Source of the DNA: an uncultured delta proteobacterium
Lineage (GTDB): Bacteria > Myxococcota_A > Polyangia > Polyangiales > B10-G4
NCBI GenBank assembly: GCA_963727445.1
Contig: CAVSGI010000015.1
Coordinates: 320,001-384,000 of the forward strand
Length of the DNA stretch: 64,000 nucleotides
Reading direction: 5' to 3'
Below the pieces are notes generated by a model. The model saw only the letters and a list, made by a program, of their open reading frames with translations, was not told where the DNA came from and ran no database searches. Shown here piece after piece: positions 21,427 to 30,279 of the stretch; the first letter of the stretch is position 1; each line of letters opens with the position of its first letter. A program made the position numbers and the translations under genes.

Positions 21427-21738
21427 TCAGCCGTCGAGGAGCGCCGTCAGCCGGGCTTTGGGCTGAAGGCCGACGGCCTGGGCGGCGGGCTGCCCCTCGC
21501 GGAAGACCATGAGCGTCGGCAGCGCGCGGATCCCGTAGGTCGCGGCCACCGAAGGCGAGTCGTCGACGTCGATCTTCACGATGCGGACGTCCTTTCGCGC
21601 CTCGGCGAGCTCCTCGAGGATCGGCTCCTGGCGCTTACAGGGCGCACACCACACGCCGCCGAACTCGACCAGCACGGGTCGGTCCGAGCGAAGCACCTCG
21701 GCGTCGAAGCTCAGGTCGTTCACGTCGTCGATCTTCAT
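21427..21738 (-). CDS. trxA: Thioredoxin
   Basis: WCAPC active site, KIDVD, IRALPTL. Confidence 0.88.
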   Translation of the reverse strand: MKIDDVNDLSFDAEVLRSDRPVLVEFGGVWCAPCKRQEPILEELAEARKDVRIVKIDVDDSPSVAATYGIRALPTLMVFREGQPAAQAVGLQPKARLTALLDG

Positions 21739-22076
21739 GATGCGATCTCCTCTGCATGCTCAGCCGTCGTTCCGAACGGCAGACTCTCGAGCACGGCGCT
21801 CACCTCGGGCCGAGCGAGGCGGTAGTAGCGGCGGCGTCCGTCGCGCACCGCGAGCACCACGCCCGCCTCGCGCAGCACCTTGAGGTGGCGTGAGATGAGC
21901 GCCTGGGGATGGCCGAGGCATTCGACCATCGAGGTCACGTCCGCCGGGCCCTCCGCGAGCCCATCCACGATCTGAAGGCGGATCGGGTGGGCGAGCGCCA
22001 AGAGCAGATCTGCGTTCCGCTTCAGGTCGAGCGGGCTGAAAACGCGTGGATTGGCGAATCCTGACACATGCGACAT
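21735..22076 (-). CDS. ArsR/SmtB family transcriptional regulator
   Basis: ALAHPIRLQIV, ISRHLKVLREAGVV, RRYYRL; start uncertain (22076 or GTG 22067); ATGA overlap with trxA. Confidence 0.85.
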   Translation of the reverse strand: MSHVSGFANPRVFSPLDLKRNADLLLALAHPIRLQIVDGLAEGPADVTSMVECLGHPQALISRHLKVLREAGVVLAVRDGRRRYYRLARPEVSAVLESLPFGTTAEHAEEIAS

Positions 22077-22088
22077 ATGGAATATATG
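22074..22088. promoter_or_regulatory. Candidate ArsR operator overlapping a -10 box
   Basis: AT-rich inverted repeat CATAT-N5-ATATG at the 5' end of the ArsR gene; contains minus-strand TATATT. Confidence 0.45.
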
Positions 22089-22140
22089 AGGGCCGATGTC
22101 AAGCCCGCTCCTTCGCTGCGGCTGGGCGCGAATGCGAGGC

Positions 22141-22998
22141 TCAGTCGACTTCGCGCACGTCGACGATGCGCCGGATCCAGCTGGCGTTGTCGGGGTGGAA
22201 GGTCGAGGCGTAGACGCTGAAGCGCTGGGTGTCGCTCTCGGCGCCCGAGCCGCCGGAGAGCACCCCGACGATCCAGGTGCGCTCGCCGAGGCGCGCCAGA
22301 GCGGGACCGCCGGAGTTGCCCGAGCGAGTCGTGAAGCCCATGGGCTGCGCGACCTGTCGCGAAGGACGGGTGGTGAGGACACCGTCATCGAGGCGGCTCA
22401 CCTGATTCCAGCCGTGGTAGCGCCGCGCTTCACCGTAGCGCGCGGGCCAGCGATTCCATCCCACGAGCTGCACCGGCCGGTCGACCCAGCGCTCGGGCGC
22501 GTCGTCCGCGCCGAGGAGCACCGGGGTGGTGCGGGCCAGGGTCTCGGGGACGGGTGCATGGAGCTCGAGGAGCGCGAGGTCGTGACTGCGATCGAGGTCG
22601 GCCGGGGCGGGGTCGTCGCCGCAGGCGGTGGGCTCGCCGTAAGCCAGCGGGTGGATGTGGCAGCGCGCCACCCCGAAGGAAACACCCTCGGCGTCCCCCG
22701 CGGGATCGACGTCGACCATCGGCAGTTGGTCCCCGTGCGACACGCAATGGGCGGCGGTGAGGACGTGGCGGGGGCCGATCAACGTGCCGCTGCAGCCCGT
22801 CGAGAGGCGCACCACCTCGCGGTGAGCGATGTCGCGATTCCCCTCCGCGGAAGCGTAGAAGATCATCGACCAGGTGACGGGGTCCGGCCGGGAGGCGCCG
22901 CATCCAGCGAGCAGCGGGGGCAGGAGCAGGAGGCAAGCGAGCGCAGCGTTGGCTTTCGACCAAATACTACCGCCTCGCCCTTGCACTTCAGAATTCAA
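22141..22998 (-). CDS. Trypsin-like (S1) serine protease, probable lipoprotein
   Basis: CSGTLIG..HVLTAAHC, HDLALL, GNSGGP; LLAGC lipobox; true start probably downstream of 22998. Confidence 0.82.
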   Translation of the reverse strand: MNSEVQGRGGSIWSKANAALACLLLLPPLLAGCGASRPDPVTWSMIFYASAEGNRDIAHREVVRLSTGCSGTLIGPRHVLTAAHCVSHGDQLPMVDVDPAGDAEGVSFGVARCHIHPLAYGEPTACGDDPAPADLDRSHDLALLELHAPVPETLARTTPVLLGADDAPERWVDRPVQLVGWNRWPARYGEARRYHGWNQVSRLDDGVLTTRPSRQVAQPMGFTTRSGNSGGPALARLGERTWIVGVLSGGSGAESDTQRFSVYASTFHPDNASWIRRIVDVREVD

Positions 22999-23053
22999 TC
23001 TATGTCCGAATTCGGTCGACGCAACCTCACCTTTATTCCAATTTCGCCACGCG

Positions 23054-23836
23054 ATGAAGTCGCTGCCCTTACGGATGGTGCGAATCGTCCTCGTGGGGGT
23101 GGGGGCGTACGCGGCGTATCTGCTCCTCGAGCCATTGGGGCTGAGCTGGATCGTGCTTCCGCTCGCGGTGGCGGCGATCGGCGGCTTCGTCCTCCTCCGC
23201 TACCTGCGGGGTCGGCGTTTCGCGAAGGAGGCGGCGCGGGAGGAGGCGTGGTCCTCGGCGGTGCTCGATGGGGCGCGGCGTCCTGCGGCCATCGCGGAGG
23301 TGCGGGCCGCGCTCGCGGACGCGAGCGACGACGCCGACAAGGTGCGGCTGACGGTGCTGCTCTCGGATCTGGTGGACGCCGAAGGCGCGCGCGAGGAGGC
23401 GCGCAAGCTCCTCGAGGATCTGGATTTCCGCTCCCTGCCCGCGATCGAATGCGCCGTGGTCCGCCACGCGCTCGCCACCCTCCACTTCCGGGCCGGCGAC
23501 GCCGAGGGGGCGCGCGCCGTACTGAAGCCCCGGGCCCCCCGCTGCGGAGATGCGGACCTCGACCGGCGTCTCGAGCTCCTGGACGCGACCGCGGATCTCG
23601 AGCTCGGCGAAGCGGATGGAGCGCTCGAGATCGCGACACGGATCCGGCGCGCGGCGGGCGCGGACGAGGCCCTGGCCCTCGAGGCGCGGATCGTGCGCGC
23701 GGCGGCGCTCGACGCGCGGGGCGATCACGCCGAGGCGCTGAGCGCCCTCAGCAACCTCGGCCCACAGATCGTCGAGGCGCTCTCGACTCTTGGTGGCCCG
23801 CGCATCCGCGCCCTCGCCGAAGAGCTGATGGAGTGA
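23054..23836 (+). CDS. Hypothetical membrane-anchored helical-repeat (TPR-like) protein
   Basis: Two N-terminal hydrophobic segments followed by Ala/Leu-rich helices. Confidence 0.6.
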   Translation: MKSLPLRMVRIVLVGVGAYAAYLLLEPLGLSWIVLPLAVAAIGGFVLLRYLRGRRFAKEAAREEAWSSAVLDGARRPAAIAEVRAALADASDDADKVRLTVLLSDLVDAEGAREEARKLLEDLDFRSLPAIECAVVRHALATLHFRAGDAEGARAVLKPRAPRCGDADLDRRLELLDATADLELGEADGALEIATRIRRAAGADEALALEARIVRAAALDARGDHAEALSALSNLGPQIVEALSTLGGPRIRALAEELME

Positions 23837-23849
23837 GCCGGGGCCTCCG

Positions 23850-24881
23850 TTGAAGAAGGTCGTGATCCACGAGCCGGGCGGCTACGACCGACTGCGCGTC
23901 GAGACCCACCCCGACCCCGAGGTCGGCCCGGGCGAGGTGCGGGTGGAGGTGGCCTTCGCGGGCGTGAACTTCGCCGACTGCATCGTTCGGATGGGGCACT
24001 ACCAGTCCGCGAAGGAGCTTGTCGGCTGGCCGATCACGCCGGGCTTCGAGGTCTCGGGCGTGGTCGATGCGGTGGGGCAGGGCGTCGAGGGCGTGAAGAA
24101 GGGCGACGAGGTCGTCGCCGTGACCCTCTTCGACGGCTACGCGAGCCACCTCGTCGTCCCGGCGCATCAGGTCTTCCCCATCCCGCCGCCCCTGACCCTG
24201 GTCGAGGCGGCGGCCTTCCCTTCGGTTCACCTCACGGCCTGGTACGCCCTCGCCCATCTCGCCCATCCGGAGAAGGACGAGCCGATGCTCATCCACTCGG
24301 CCGCAGGCGGCGTGGGCAGCGTCCTGGTGCAGATGGGCCGCATCTACGGCGCGCGAACCGTGGGCGTGGTCGGCCGCAGCCACAAGGCGCCGCACGTGGA
24401 GGCGCTCGGCGCCGATCGCGTCATCGACAAGTCGAAGGAGGATCTCTGGCGTGCCGCGGAGGTCGCGCATCCGGAGGGCTATCGCATCGTCTGCGACGCG
24501 AACGGCGTCGCCACGCTCCGCGAGAGCTATGCGCATCTATCGCCGGGCGGCCGCCTCGTGGTCTACGGCTTTCACACCATGTTCGACGCCGGCCGCGGGC
24601 GAACGCCGCTGTTGAAGCTCGCCTGGCACTGGCTGCGCACGCCGCGCTTCGACCCTTTGCAGATGACCGGGGACAACAAGAGCGTGCTCGCCTTCAACCT
24701 GAGCTACCTCTTCGCCGAGACCGCGCTGCTCGCCCGCGCCTGGGCCGAGCTCGCCGACTGGCTCGCCCGCGGGGCGCTCGTCGCCCCGGTCGTGGAGGCG
24801 CATCCCTTCGACGACGTAGCCGAGGCCCAGCGCGCCCTCGAGTCGGGTCAGACCGTGGGCAAGCTCGTGCTCGCGCTCTGA
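23850..24881 (+). CDS. MDR-family NADPH:quinone oxidoreductase (VAT-1-like)
   Basis: AGVNFAD, TPGFEVSG, LIHSAAGGVG, GRLVVYG, GKLVL. Confidence 0.85.
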   Translation: MKKVVIHEPGGYDRLRVETHPDPEVGPGEVRVEVAFAGVNFADCIVRMGHYQSAKELVGWPITPGFEVSGVVDAVGQGVEGVKKGDEVVAVTLFDGYASHLVVPAHQVFPIPPPLTLVEAAAFPSVHLTAWYALAHLAHPEKDEPMLIHSAAGGVGSVLVQMGRIYGARTVGVVGRSHKAPHVEALGADRVIDKSKEDLWRAAEVAHPEGYRIVCDANGVATLRESYAHLSPGGRLVVYGFHTMFDAGRGRTPLLKLAWHWLRTPRFDPLQMTGDNKSVLAFNLSYLFAETALLARAWAELADWLARGALVAPVVEAHPFDDVAEAQRALESGQTVGKLVLAL

Positions 24882-24883
24882 AT

Positions 24884-25978
24884 TCAGGCGTTCGCTTTCG
24901 CGAAGGCGGCCATGAACTCCACCAGCTTCTCGGCGCCCTCGACGCTCATGGAGTTGTAGAGGCTGGCGCGGATCCCGCCGGCCGAGCGATGGCCCTTGAG
25001 GCCGAAGAGCCCCTGCCCCTCTGCCTCTTTCACGAAGCGCTGGTCGAGCTCTTCGCTCGGCAGGTTGAAGACGACGTTCATCACCGAGCGCGAGCCCTTC
25101 TCGACCGGCGCCCGATAGAAGTCGGGCGCTGTGTCGATCGCCGCGTAGACCAGGCCGGCCTTCTTTCGGTTGCGGCGCTCCATCTCGGGGAGGCCGCCCT
25201 GATCCGCCATCCAGGCGAGGACGTTGCGAACCATGTAGATGGCGAAGGTGGGCGCCGTGTTCTGGAGCGAGTCGCCCTTCACGATGGTGCGGTACTGGAA
25301 GATGGAGGGGATGTCTTTGCGACCCTTCTGCACCAGGTCGTCGCGCACGATGACCAGGGTGACGCCGGGCGGGCCGAGGTTCTTCTGGGCGCCGGCGTAG
25401 ATCAGCCCGAAGCGCGACAGATCCATGGGGCGCCAACCGATGTCGCTGGACATGTCGACCACCACGGGCACGTCGCCGGCGTCGGGGTAGTCGAAGACCT
25501 GCGAGCCGTAGATGGTGTTGTTCGAGGTGAGGTGCAGGTACGCCGAGTCGCTCGGCACCTTCAGCTCTTCGTTGGTCGCGACGCGCCGGTAGCGCCCGTC
25601 CTCGCTCTTGGTGTTCACGACCTCGCGGGCGGAGCCGACGATGCGCGCCTCGTCGATGGCCTTCTCGCCCCAGGTTCCGGCCACCGCGTAGTCGGCGGTG
25701 GCCCCCGCTGGCAGGAAATTCATCGGCACGATGGCGAACTGACCGCGTGCGCCACCCTGCATGAAGAGGATGTGGTAGCCGTCGGGGATCTGGAGCAGCT
25801 CGCGGAGCAGCGCCTTCGCCTCCTCGTGCACCTTCATGTAGTGAGCGCCGCGGTGGCTGTGCTCGAGGATCCCGATCCCCGTCCCCTGGTAGTCGAGGAG
25901 ATCGTTCTGGGCGCGCTCGAGCGCGGGCAGCGGCAGGGTCGCGGGGCCGGGGGCGAAGTTGAAGACGCGGTGCACCAT
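24884..25978 (-). CDS. serC: Phosphoserine aminotransferase
   Basis: FNFAPGPATLP, EHSHR, SNNTIYG, DMSS, YAGAQKNLGPPG, LKGHRSAGGIRASLYN. Confidence 0.95.
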   Translation of the reverse strand: MVHRVFNFAPGPATLPLPALERAQNDLLDYQGTGIGILEHSHRGAHYMKVHEEAKALLRELLQIPDGYHILFMQGGARGQFAIVPMNFLPAGATADYAVAGTWGEKAIDEARIVGSAREVVNTKSEDGRYRRVATNEELKVPSDSAYLHLTSNNTIYGSQVFDYPDAGDVPVVVDMSSDIGWRPMDLSRFGLIYAGAQKNLGPPGVTLVIVRDDLVQKGRKDIPSIFQYRTIVKGDSLQNTAPTFAIYMVRNVLAWMADQGGLPEMERRNRKKAGLVYAAIDTAPDFYRAPVEKGSRSVMNVVFNLPSEELDQRFVKEAEGQGLFGLKGHRSAGGIRASLYNSMSVEGAEKLVEFMAAFAKANA

Positions 25979-26085
25979 GGGCGGCAGGGTAGCGCCGCCC
26001 ACGACGCAGTGGGAGGTGGCAAGTGGGTGAAAGGACCCGGCGGGCCAAGGGTGGCGATGGACGCGTAGGGCGCTATGGTCGCCCC

Positions 26086-26466
26086 ATGCGGACCCGAGGA
26101 GACCACTTCGAAGTGGTGAAAGAGCGGGGGGGAATCGTTCGTGTCGTTCGTCTGCCGAATGACTTCGCATCGATGGCCGACATGGAGGAGGCGATGGAGG
26201 AGCTGAACGCCCACCTGGACTCGCTGGGCCGGGCGAAGCTCCTCCTGCTGGTCGACACGCGACGCGCCAAGCCGCGGAACGACCCCGAGTTCGAGGCCGC
26301 CTTCGCGCCCCACCGCAAGCGCATGCTCTCCGGCTTCAAGCAGCAGGCGGTCCTGGTGCGGACCGAGGTCGGCCGCCTCCAGGTCAACCGCCACGCCCGC
26401 ATGGACGGCACGGAGCTCCAGGCCTTCTGTGACGAGAAGAAGGCGGTGCGATGGCTGCTGGTCTGA
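26086..26466 (+). CDS. Hypothetical protein (myxobacterial STAS/SEC14-like)
   Basis: LLVDTRRA.PRNDPEFE, AVLVRT.VG.LQV, AF.DE..A pattern; normal high-GC codon usage. Confidence 0.6.
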   Translation: MRTRGDHFEVVKERGGIVRVVRLPNDFASMADMEEAMEELNAHLDSLGRAKLLLLVDTRRAKPRNDPEFEAAFAPHRKRMLSGFKQQAVLVRTEVGRLQVNRHARMDGTELQAFCDEKKAVRWLLV

Positions 26467-26721
26467 GCCATCCAGGCACTAATCTGTAGGGCGTGAAGCA
26501 TGTCGTCCCCGCGCTCCTCTTGCTCACCGCCACGGCCTGCGGAGGAGTGGGCGATCTCATCGAACGAAGAGCTCGCGACGGTGGGAGGCGAGCTCACGGC
26601 CTACTTCCCCGACGAGCGGTTCTTTCACGCTCGGTTTTGATGGGGGCGTGGCAGTGTGGCGGCTCAGGACCCATGGCCGCTGCGGTCGCGGGTTCGTGCC
26701 GATCAATTCAGTCGGGTGAAA

Positions 26722-26761
26722 CGACGAAGGGCCCCGGCAGCGTTGCGCGGAGCCCTCGTCG
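26722..26761 (-). terminator. Hairpin downstream of tRNA-Ala, possible terminator
   Basis: CGACGA...TCGTCG and GGGC...GCCC arms immediately 3' of the tRNA; only a short T-run follows. Confidence 0.35.
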
Positions 26762-26765
26762 ATCT

Positions 26766-26841
26766 TGGTGGAGCTGAGGGGGATCGAACCCCTGACCTCT
26801 AGAGTGCGATTCTAGCGCTCTCCCAGCTGAGCTACAGCCCC
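26766..26841 (-). tRNA. tRNA-Ala (anticodon CGC)
   Basis: GGGGCTGTAGCTCAGCTGGGAGAGCG CTAGA-ATCGCAC-TCTAG AGGTCAGGGGTTCGATCCCCCTCAGCTCCACCA, 76 nt, G3:U70 pair, encoded CCA. Confidence 0.97.
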
Positions 26842-26852
26842 GGGGAGGGCGC

Positions 26853-26880
26853 ACTATACTCACGGGCGGACGTCGCGCAA
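26853..26880 (-). promoter_or_regulatory. Sigma70-type promoter of tRNA-Ala
   Basis: Minus strand TTGCGC-N16-TATAGT followed by a GC-rich discriminator GCGCCC. Confidence 0.65.
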
Positions 26881-27098
26881 TCACCAAGGATGTTGGAGGG
26901 GACGCAGCTCGGTTTTGTGGGGCTCGCCGAGCCCTCCGCGGCAGAACCGGGGCGATGAGCGGACGGCGGCGAAGCGAAAACCGAGCGACTTCCCCGGTTG
27001 GTCGGAGAGGGCGTCTCGAGGTGAGCCCACCCGCCCAGCCCCTCGACGCCGCAGCCTCTTCGTGGCACTCCGTCGCCTCTTTCCCAGGAGCGGACCCC

Positions 27099-28265
27099 AT
27101 GGCGCAGAGCCTCGACTATTACCTGATCGATGAAGAGCTGACCGATGAGGAGCGGCTCGTGCGGGACAACGTGCGGCGCTTCGTGGATCAGAAGATCCGG
27201 CCCTCGATCGCGAAGCATTACGAGAACGGGACCTTCCCCACCGAGCTCATCCCGACCTTCGGCGAGCTCGGCCTCTTGGGGTCGAACCTCTCGGGCTACG
27301 ACTGCCCGGGGATGGGGGACGTCGCCTACGGGCTCGCGATGCAGGAGCTCGAGAAGGCCGACAGCGGCATCCGCTCCTTCTGCTCGGTGCAGGGGAGCCT
27401 GTCGATGTATCCGATCCACGCCTTCGGGAGCGAGGAGCAGAAGCAGAAGTACCTGCCGAAGATGACCCGCGGCGAGATGATCGGCTGCTTCGGTCTGACC
27501 GAGCCGGACTTCGGCTCGAACCCCACCGGGATGATCACGCGCGCCGAAAAGCTCCCGAGCGGCGGTTACAAGCTCAACGGGGTCAAGCGCTGGATCACCA
27601 ACGGCAACCTCGCGCACCTCGCCATCATCTGGGCGAAGCTCGACGGCGTCGTTCACGGCTTCATCGTCCCCACCGAGACCAAGGGCTTCACGGCCGAGAA
27701 GATCGAGGGCAAGTGGTCGCTGCGCGCGAGCGTCACCTCCGAGCTGATCCTCGAGGACGTGGAGGTCGGTGAGGACGCGATCCTTCCGAACGTGAAGGGC
27801 ATGCGCGGGCCGCTGAGCTGCCTCAGCCAGGCCCGCTACGGCATCTGCTGGGGTGTCATCGGCGCTGCCATGGACTGCTACGACACCGCCCTCGCGTACG
27901 CGAAGGAGCGGGTGCAGTTCTCGAAGCCTATCGCTGGCTACCAGCTCGTGCAGCAGAAACTGGTGCACATGCTGACCGAGATCACCAAGGCGCAATGCCT
28001 CACGCTGCGCCTCGGCCGCATCAAGGAGGCGGGCAAGTGGCGCCCGCAGCACATCTCCCTCGCCAAGCGGAACAACGTGTCCATGGCCCTCGAGATCGCC
28101 CGTCTCGCCCGCGACGTCCTGGGGGGCAATGGTATCATGTATGAGTACAGCCCCGGCCGCCACATGATGAACCTCGAGACGGTCTACACCTACGAGGGCA
28201 CCCACGACATCCACACGCTGATCCTCGGTCAGGACATCACGGGGATCGCGGCTTTCGACGGCTGA
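27099..28265 (+). CDS. gcdH: Acyl-CoA dehydrogenase, glutaryl-CoA dehydrogenase type
   Basis: DSGIRSFCSVQGSL, IGCFGLTEPDFGS, KRWITN, LGGNGI, NLETVYTYEGTHDIHTLILG; GGAG SD upstream. Confidence 0.85.
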   Translation: MAQSLDYYLIDEELTDEERLVRDNVRRFVDQKIRPSIAKHYENGTFPTELIPTFGELGLLGSNLSGYDCPGMGDVAYGLAMQELEKADSGIRSFCSVQGSLSMYPIHAFGSEEQKQKYLPKMTRGEMIGCFGLTEPDFGSNPTGMITRAEKLPSGGYKLNGVKRWITNGNLAHLAIIWAKLDGVVHGFIVPTETKGFTAEKIEGKWSLRASVTSELILEDVEVGEDAILPNVKGMRGPLSCLSQARYGICWGVIGAAMDCYDTALAYAKERVQFSKPIAGYQLVQQKLVHMLTEITKAQCLTLRLGRIKEAGKWRPQHISLAKRNNVSMALEIARLARDVLGGNGIMYEYSPGRHMMNLETVYTYEGTHDIHTLILGQDITGIAAFDG

Positions 28266-28281
28266 CAAGTCGGCGACGTGC

Positions 28282-28966
28282 TCACCCGAGCACGAGCTCG
28301 ACGAGGCCGGCGGACTCGACGACGTGGGCGAGGGCCTCGTCGTCGTCGCGCGCCGCCGCGACCTCCAGCACTGGCGCGGTCGATCGCGCGGCGAGGATTT
28401 GCCGGTTGCGGCGGGCGCTCTCGTCGGGCTTGTCGGTGGGGGTGAGCACCACCGCGCGCACCGCGAGGCTCCGCGCCTCGGCCGCCTCGAGGGCGGTGAG
28501 GGTATGGGACAGGACGCCGAGGCCGTTCTGCGCGACGAGGAGGATTGGCATGGCGAGCGCCACGGCGAGGTCGGCGACGTCGTGGGTCTCGTCGACGGGA
28601 ACGAGGAGGCCACCGGCGCCTTCGACGAGGGCGAAGTCGGCGCCCGCCATGCGCGCGCGAAGGGTCGCGGCCAGGGCTTCGATGTCAGGAGGCGCGGTCT
28701 CGCCAGCGAGGGTGGCGGCCCAAGGTGAAAGCGGCGGGGTGGCGCGGTAGAGGCCTTTTGCGTCGGCGAGGGTGGGGTCGCCCGCGGCGGCTGCGAGCGC
28801 GCGCGCGTCGAGGGCTCGTGGCGCACATCCGGTCTCGTAAGGCTTGAGGGCGGCGACGCGGAGCCCGCGGTCGCGGGCCGCGCGGGCCAGGCCGCGGCTC
28901 ACCCAGGTCTTGCCGACCTCGGTGCCGGTGGCGGTGACGAAGATCTCGGTGGCGCGGAGCGCTCAT
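28282..28966 (-). CDS. bioD: Dethiobiotin synthase; apparent indel just after the ATG (~28951)
   Basis: IFVTATGTEVGKTWVS, LKPYETG, LVEGAGGLLVP, LGVLSHT. Confidence 0.88.
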
Positions 28967-30138
28967 GGATGCGCGGGGGCGCCGGTTCGGGGGCGGAGCG
29001 CGGCGAAGGCTTCGACGACACGGTCGATGTCGGCGTCCTCGTGGACCGCCATGGGCACGAGGCGGATGCGGCTGGTGCCCTCGGCGACGGTGGGCGGGCG
29101 GATGCCGTGGGCGAAGATGCCGCGCTCGAAGAGGGCGGCGGAGAGCGCCATGGTCGCGTCGGCGTCGCCGATCAGAACGGGGACGATCGGTGTGTCGTCG
29201 CCAAGCACTTCGTAGCCGAGGCCGCGGAGCTCGCGTCGCAGTCGGGAGGCGTGATGGAACAGGCGCGCGCGGCGGTCGTCCGCGTTCTCGACGAGGTCGG
29301 TGGCGGCGAGGATGGCGGCGGCGAGGGCAGGGGGGGAGGCCGTGGAGAAGACGAAGCTGCGGGCGCGGTTCTGGAGGAGATCGATGAGCGGGGCCGAGCC
29401 GGCCACGAAGGCACCGAGCACGCCGAAGGCCTTGCCGAGGGTGCCGACGCGGATCTCGGGGGTGACGCCGACAGCGGCGCTGAGGCCGCGCCCGTGGGGG
29501 CCCACGACACCGAGAGCGTGGGCCTCGTCGACGAAGAGCCAGGCGTCGTGTCGTGTGGCCAGCTCGCGAAGCGCCACGAGGTCGGCGCGATCGCCGTCCA
29601 TCGAGAAGATCGCATCGGTGACCACGATCGCGCGCCGTGCTCTTGGGCGATGCACTTTCAAGAGCGCGTCCAGGGCGGTCGTGTCGCGATGCGGGTAGAC
29701 GACGACCTCGGCCTTCGACAGACGGCAGCCGTCGATGATCGACGCGTGGTTGAGCGCGTCGCTGAAGACGATGTCCTCGGGGCCGACAAGAGCGGAGAGC
29801 ACCCCGACGTTGGCGGCGTAGCCGGAGCTGAACAGGAGCGCGGACTCGGTTCCGACGAAGCGCGCGAGGCGGGCCTCGCATTCGAGGTGAGCGCGGTGGT
29901 TGCCGGAGATCAGGCGCGAGGCGCCGCTGCCCACGCCGTGTCGTCGCGCCGCCTCGCCGAGGGTTTCGGCGAGGAGGGGATGACCGGCGAGGCCGAGATA
30001 GTCGTTCGAGGAGAGCGAGATTGCATCGCGTCCATCGAAGCGCGCGACGGGAAGATGCGCGCTGCCGAGCGCGCGGGGCGCGCGGTAGAGCCCACGTGCA
30101 CGCAACGACTCCAGCTCCTCTTTCAACGCATCATCCAT
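28963..30138 (-). CDS. bioF: 8-amino-7-oxononanoate synthase
   Basis: SSNDYLGLA, GSGASRLISG, DALNHASIIDG, FSMDGD, DEAH, GTLGKAFG, IRPPTV. Confidence 0.95.
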   Translation of the reverse strand: MDDALKEELESLRARGLYRAPRALGSAHLPVARFDGRDAISLSSNDYLGLAGHPLLAETLGEAARRHGVGSGASRLISGNHRAHLECEARLARFVGTESALLFSSGYAANVGVLSALVGPEDIVFSDALNHASIIDGCRLSKAEVVVYPHRDTTALDALLKVHRPRARRAIVVTDAIFSMDGDRADLVALRELATRHDAWLFVDEAHALGVVGPHGRGLSAAVGVTPEIRVGTLGKAFGVLGAFVAGSAPLIDLLQNRARSFVFSTASPPALAAAILAATDLVENADDRRARLFHHASRLRRELRGLGYEVLGDDTPIVPVLIGDADATMALSAALFERGIFAHGIRPPTVAEGTSRIRLVPMAVHEDADIDRVVEAFAALRPRTGAPAHP

Positions 30139-30279
30139 CGCGGAGCGGTGTGGGTATCGCAGTTGTCGGACAACGCAAGGAGGCGTGCAGAGGCGGGGAG
30201 GTGCGTTCCTTAAGTCATCGGAATAACTCATAAAAAGCGACGTGCGCGTTGGCGCGACGACCTGCTAAGCTGCCGCACG

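Noticed and set aside
26467..26841. Prophage or integrative element at tRNA-Ala
   Set aside because: No integrase, no duplicated tRNA 3' end and no phage genes; the flanks are housekeeping genes
30162..30174. Palindrome GTTGTC-G-GACAAC upstream of bioF as a BirA operator
   Set aside because: It lacks the long spacer of known BirA sites; a 6-bp arm alone is too weak to assign
30211..30228. AT-rich motif TAAGTCATCGGAATAACT as a shared regulator site with 43228-43245
   Set aside because: Only half the positions agree; at best a weak IHF-like site
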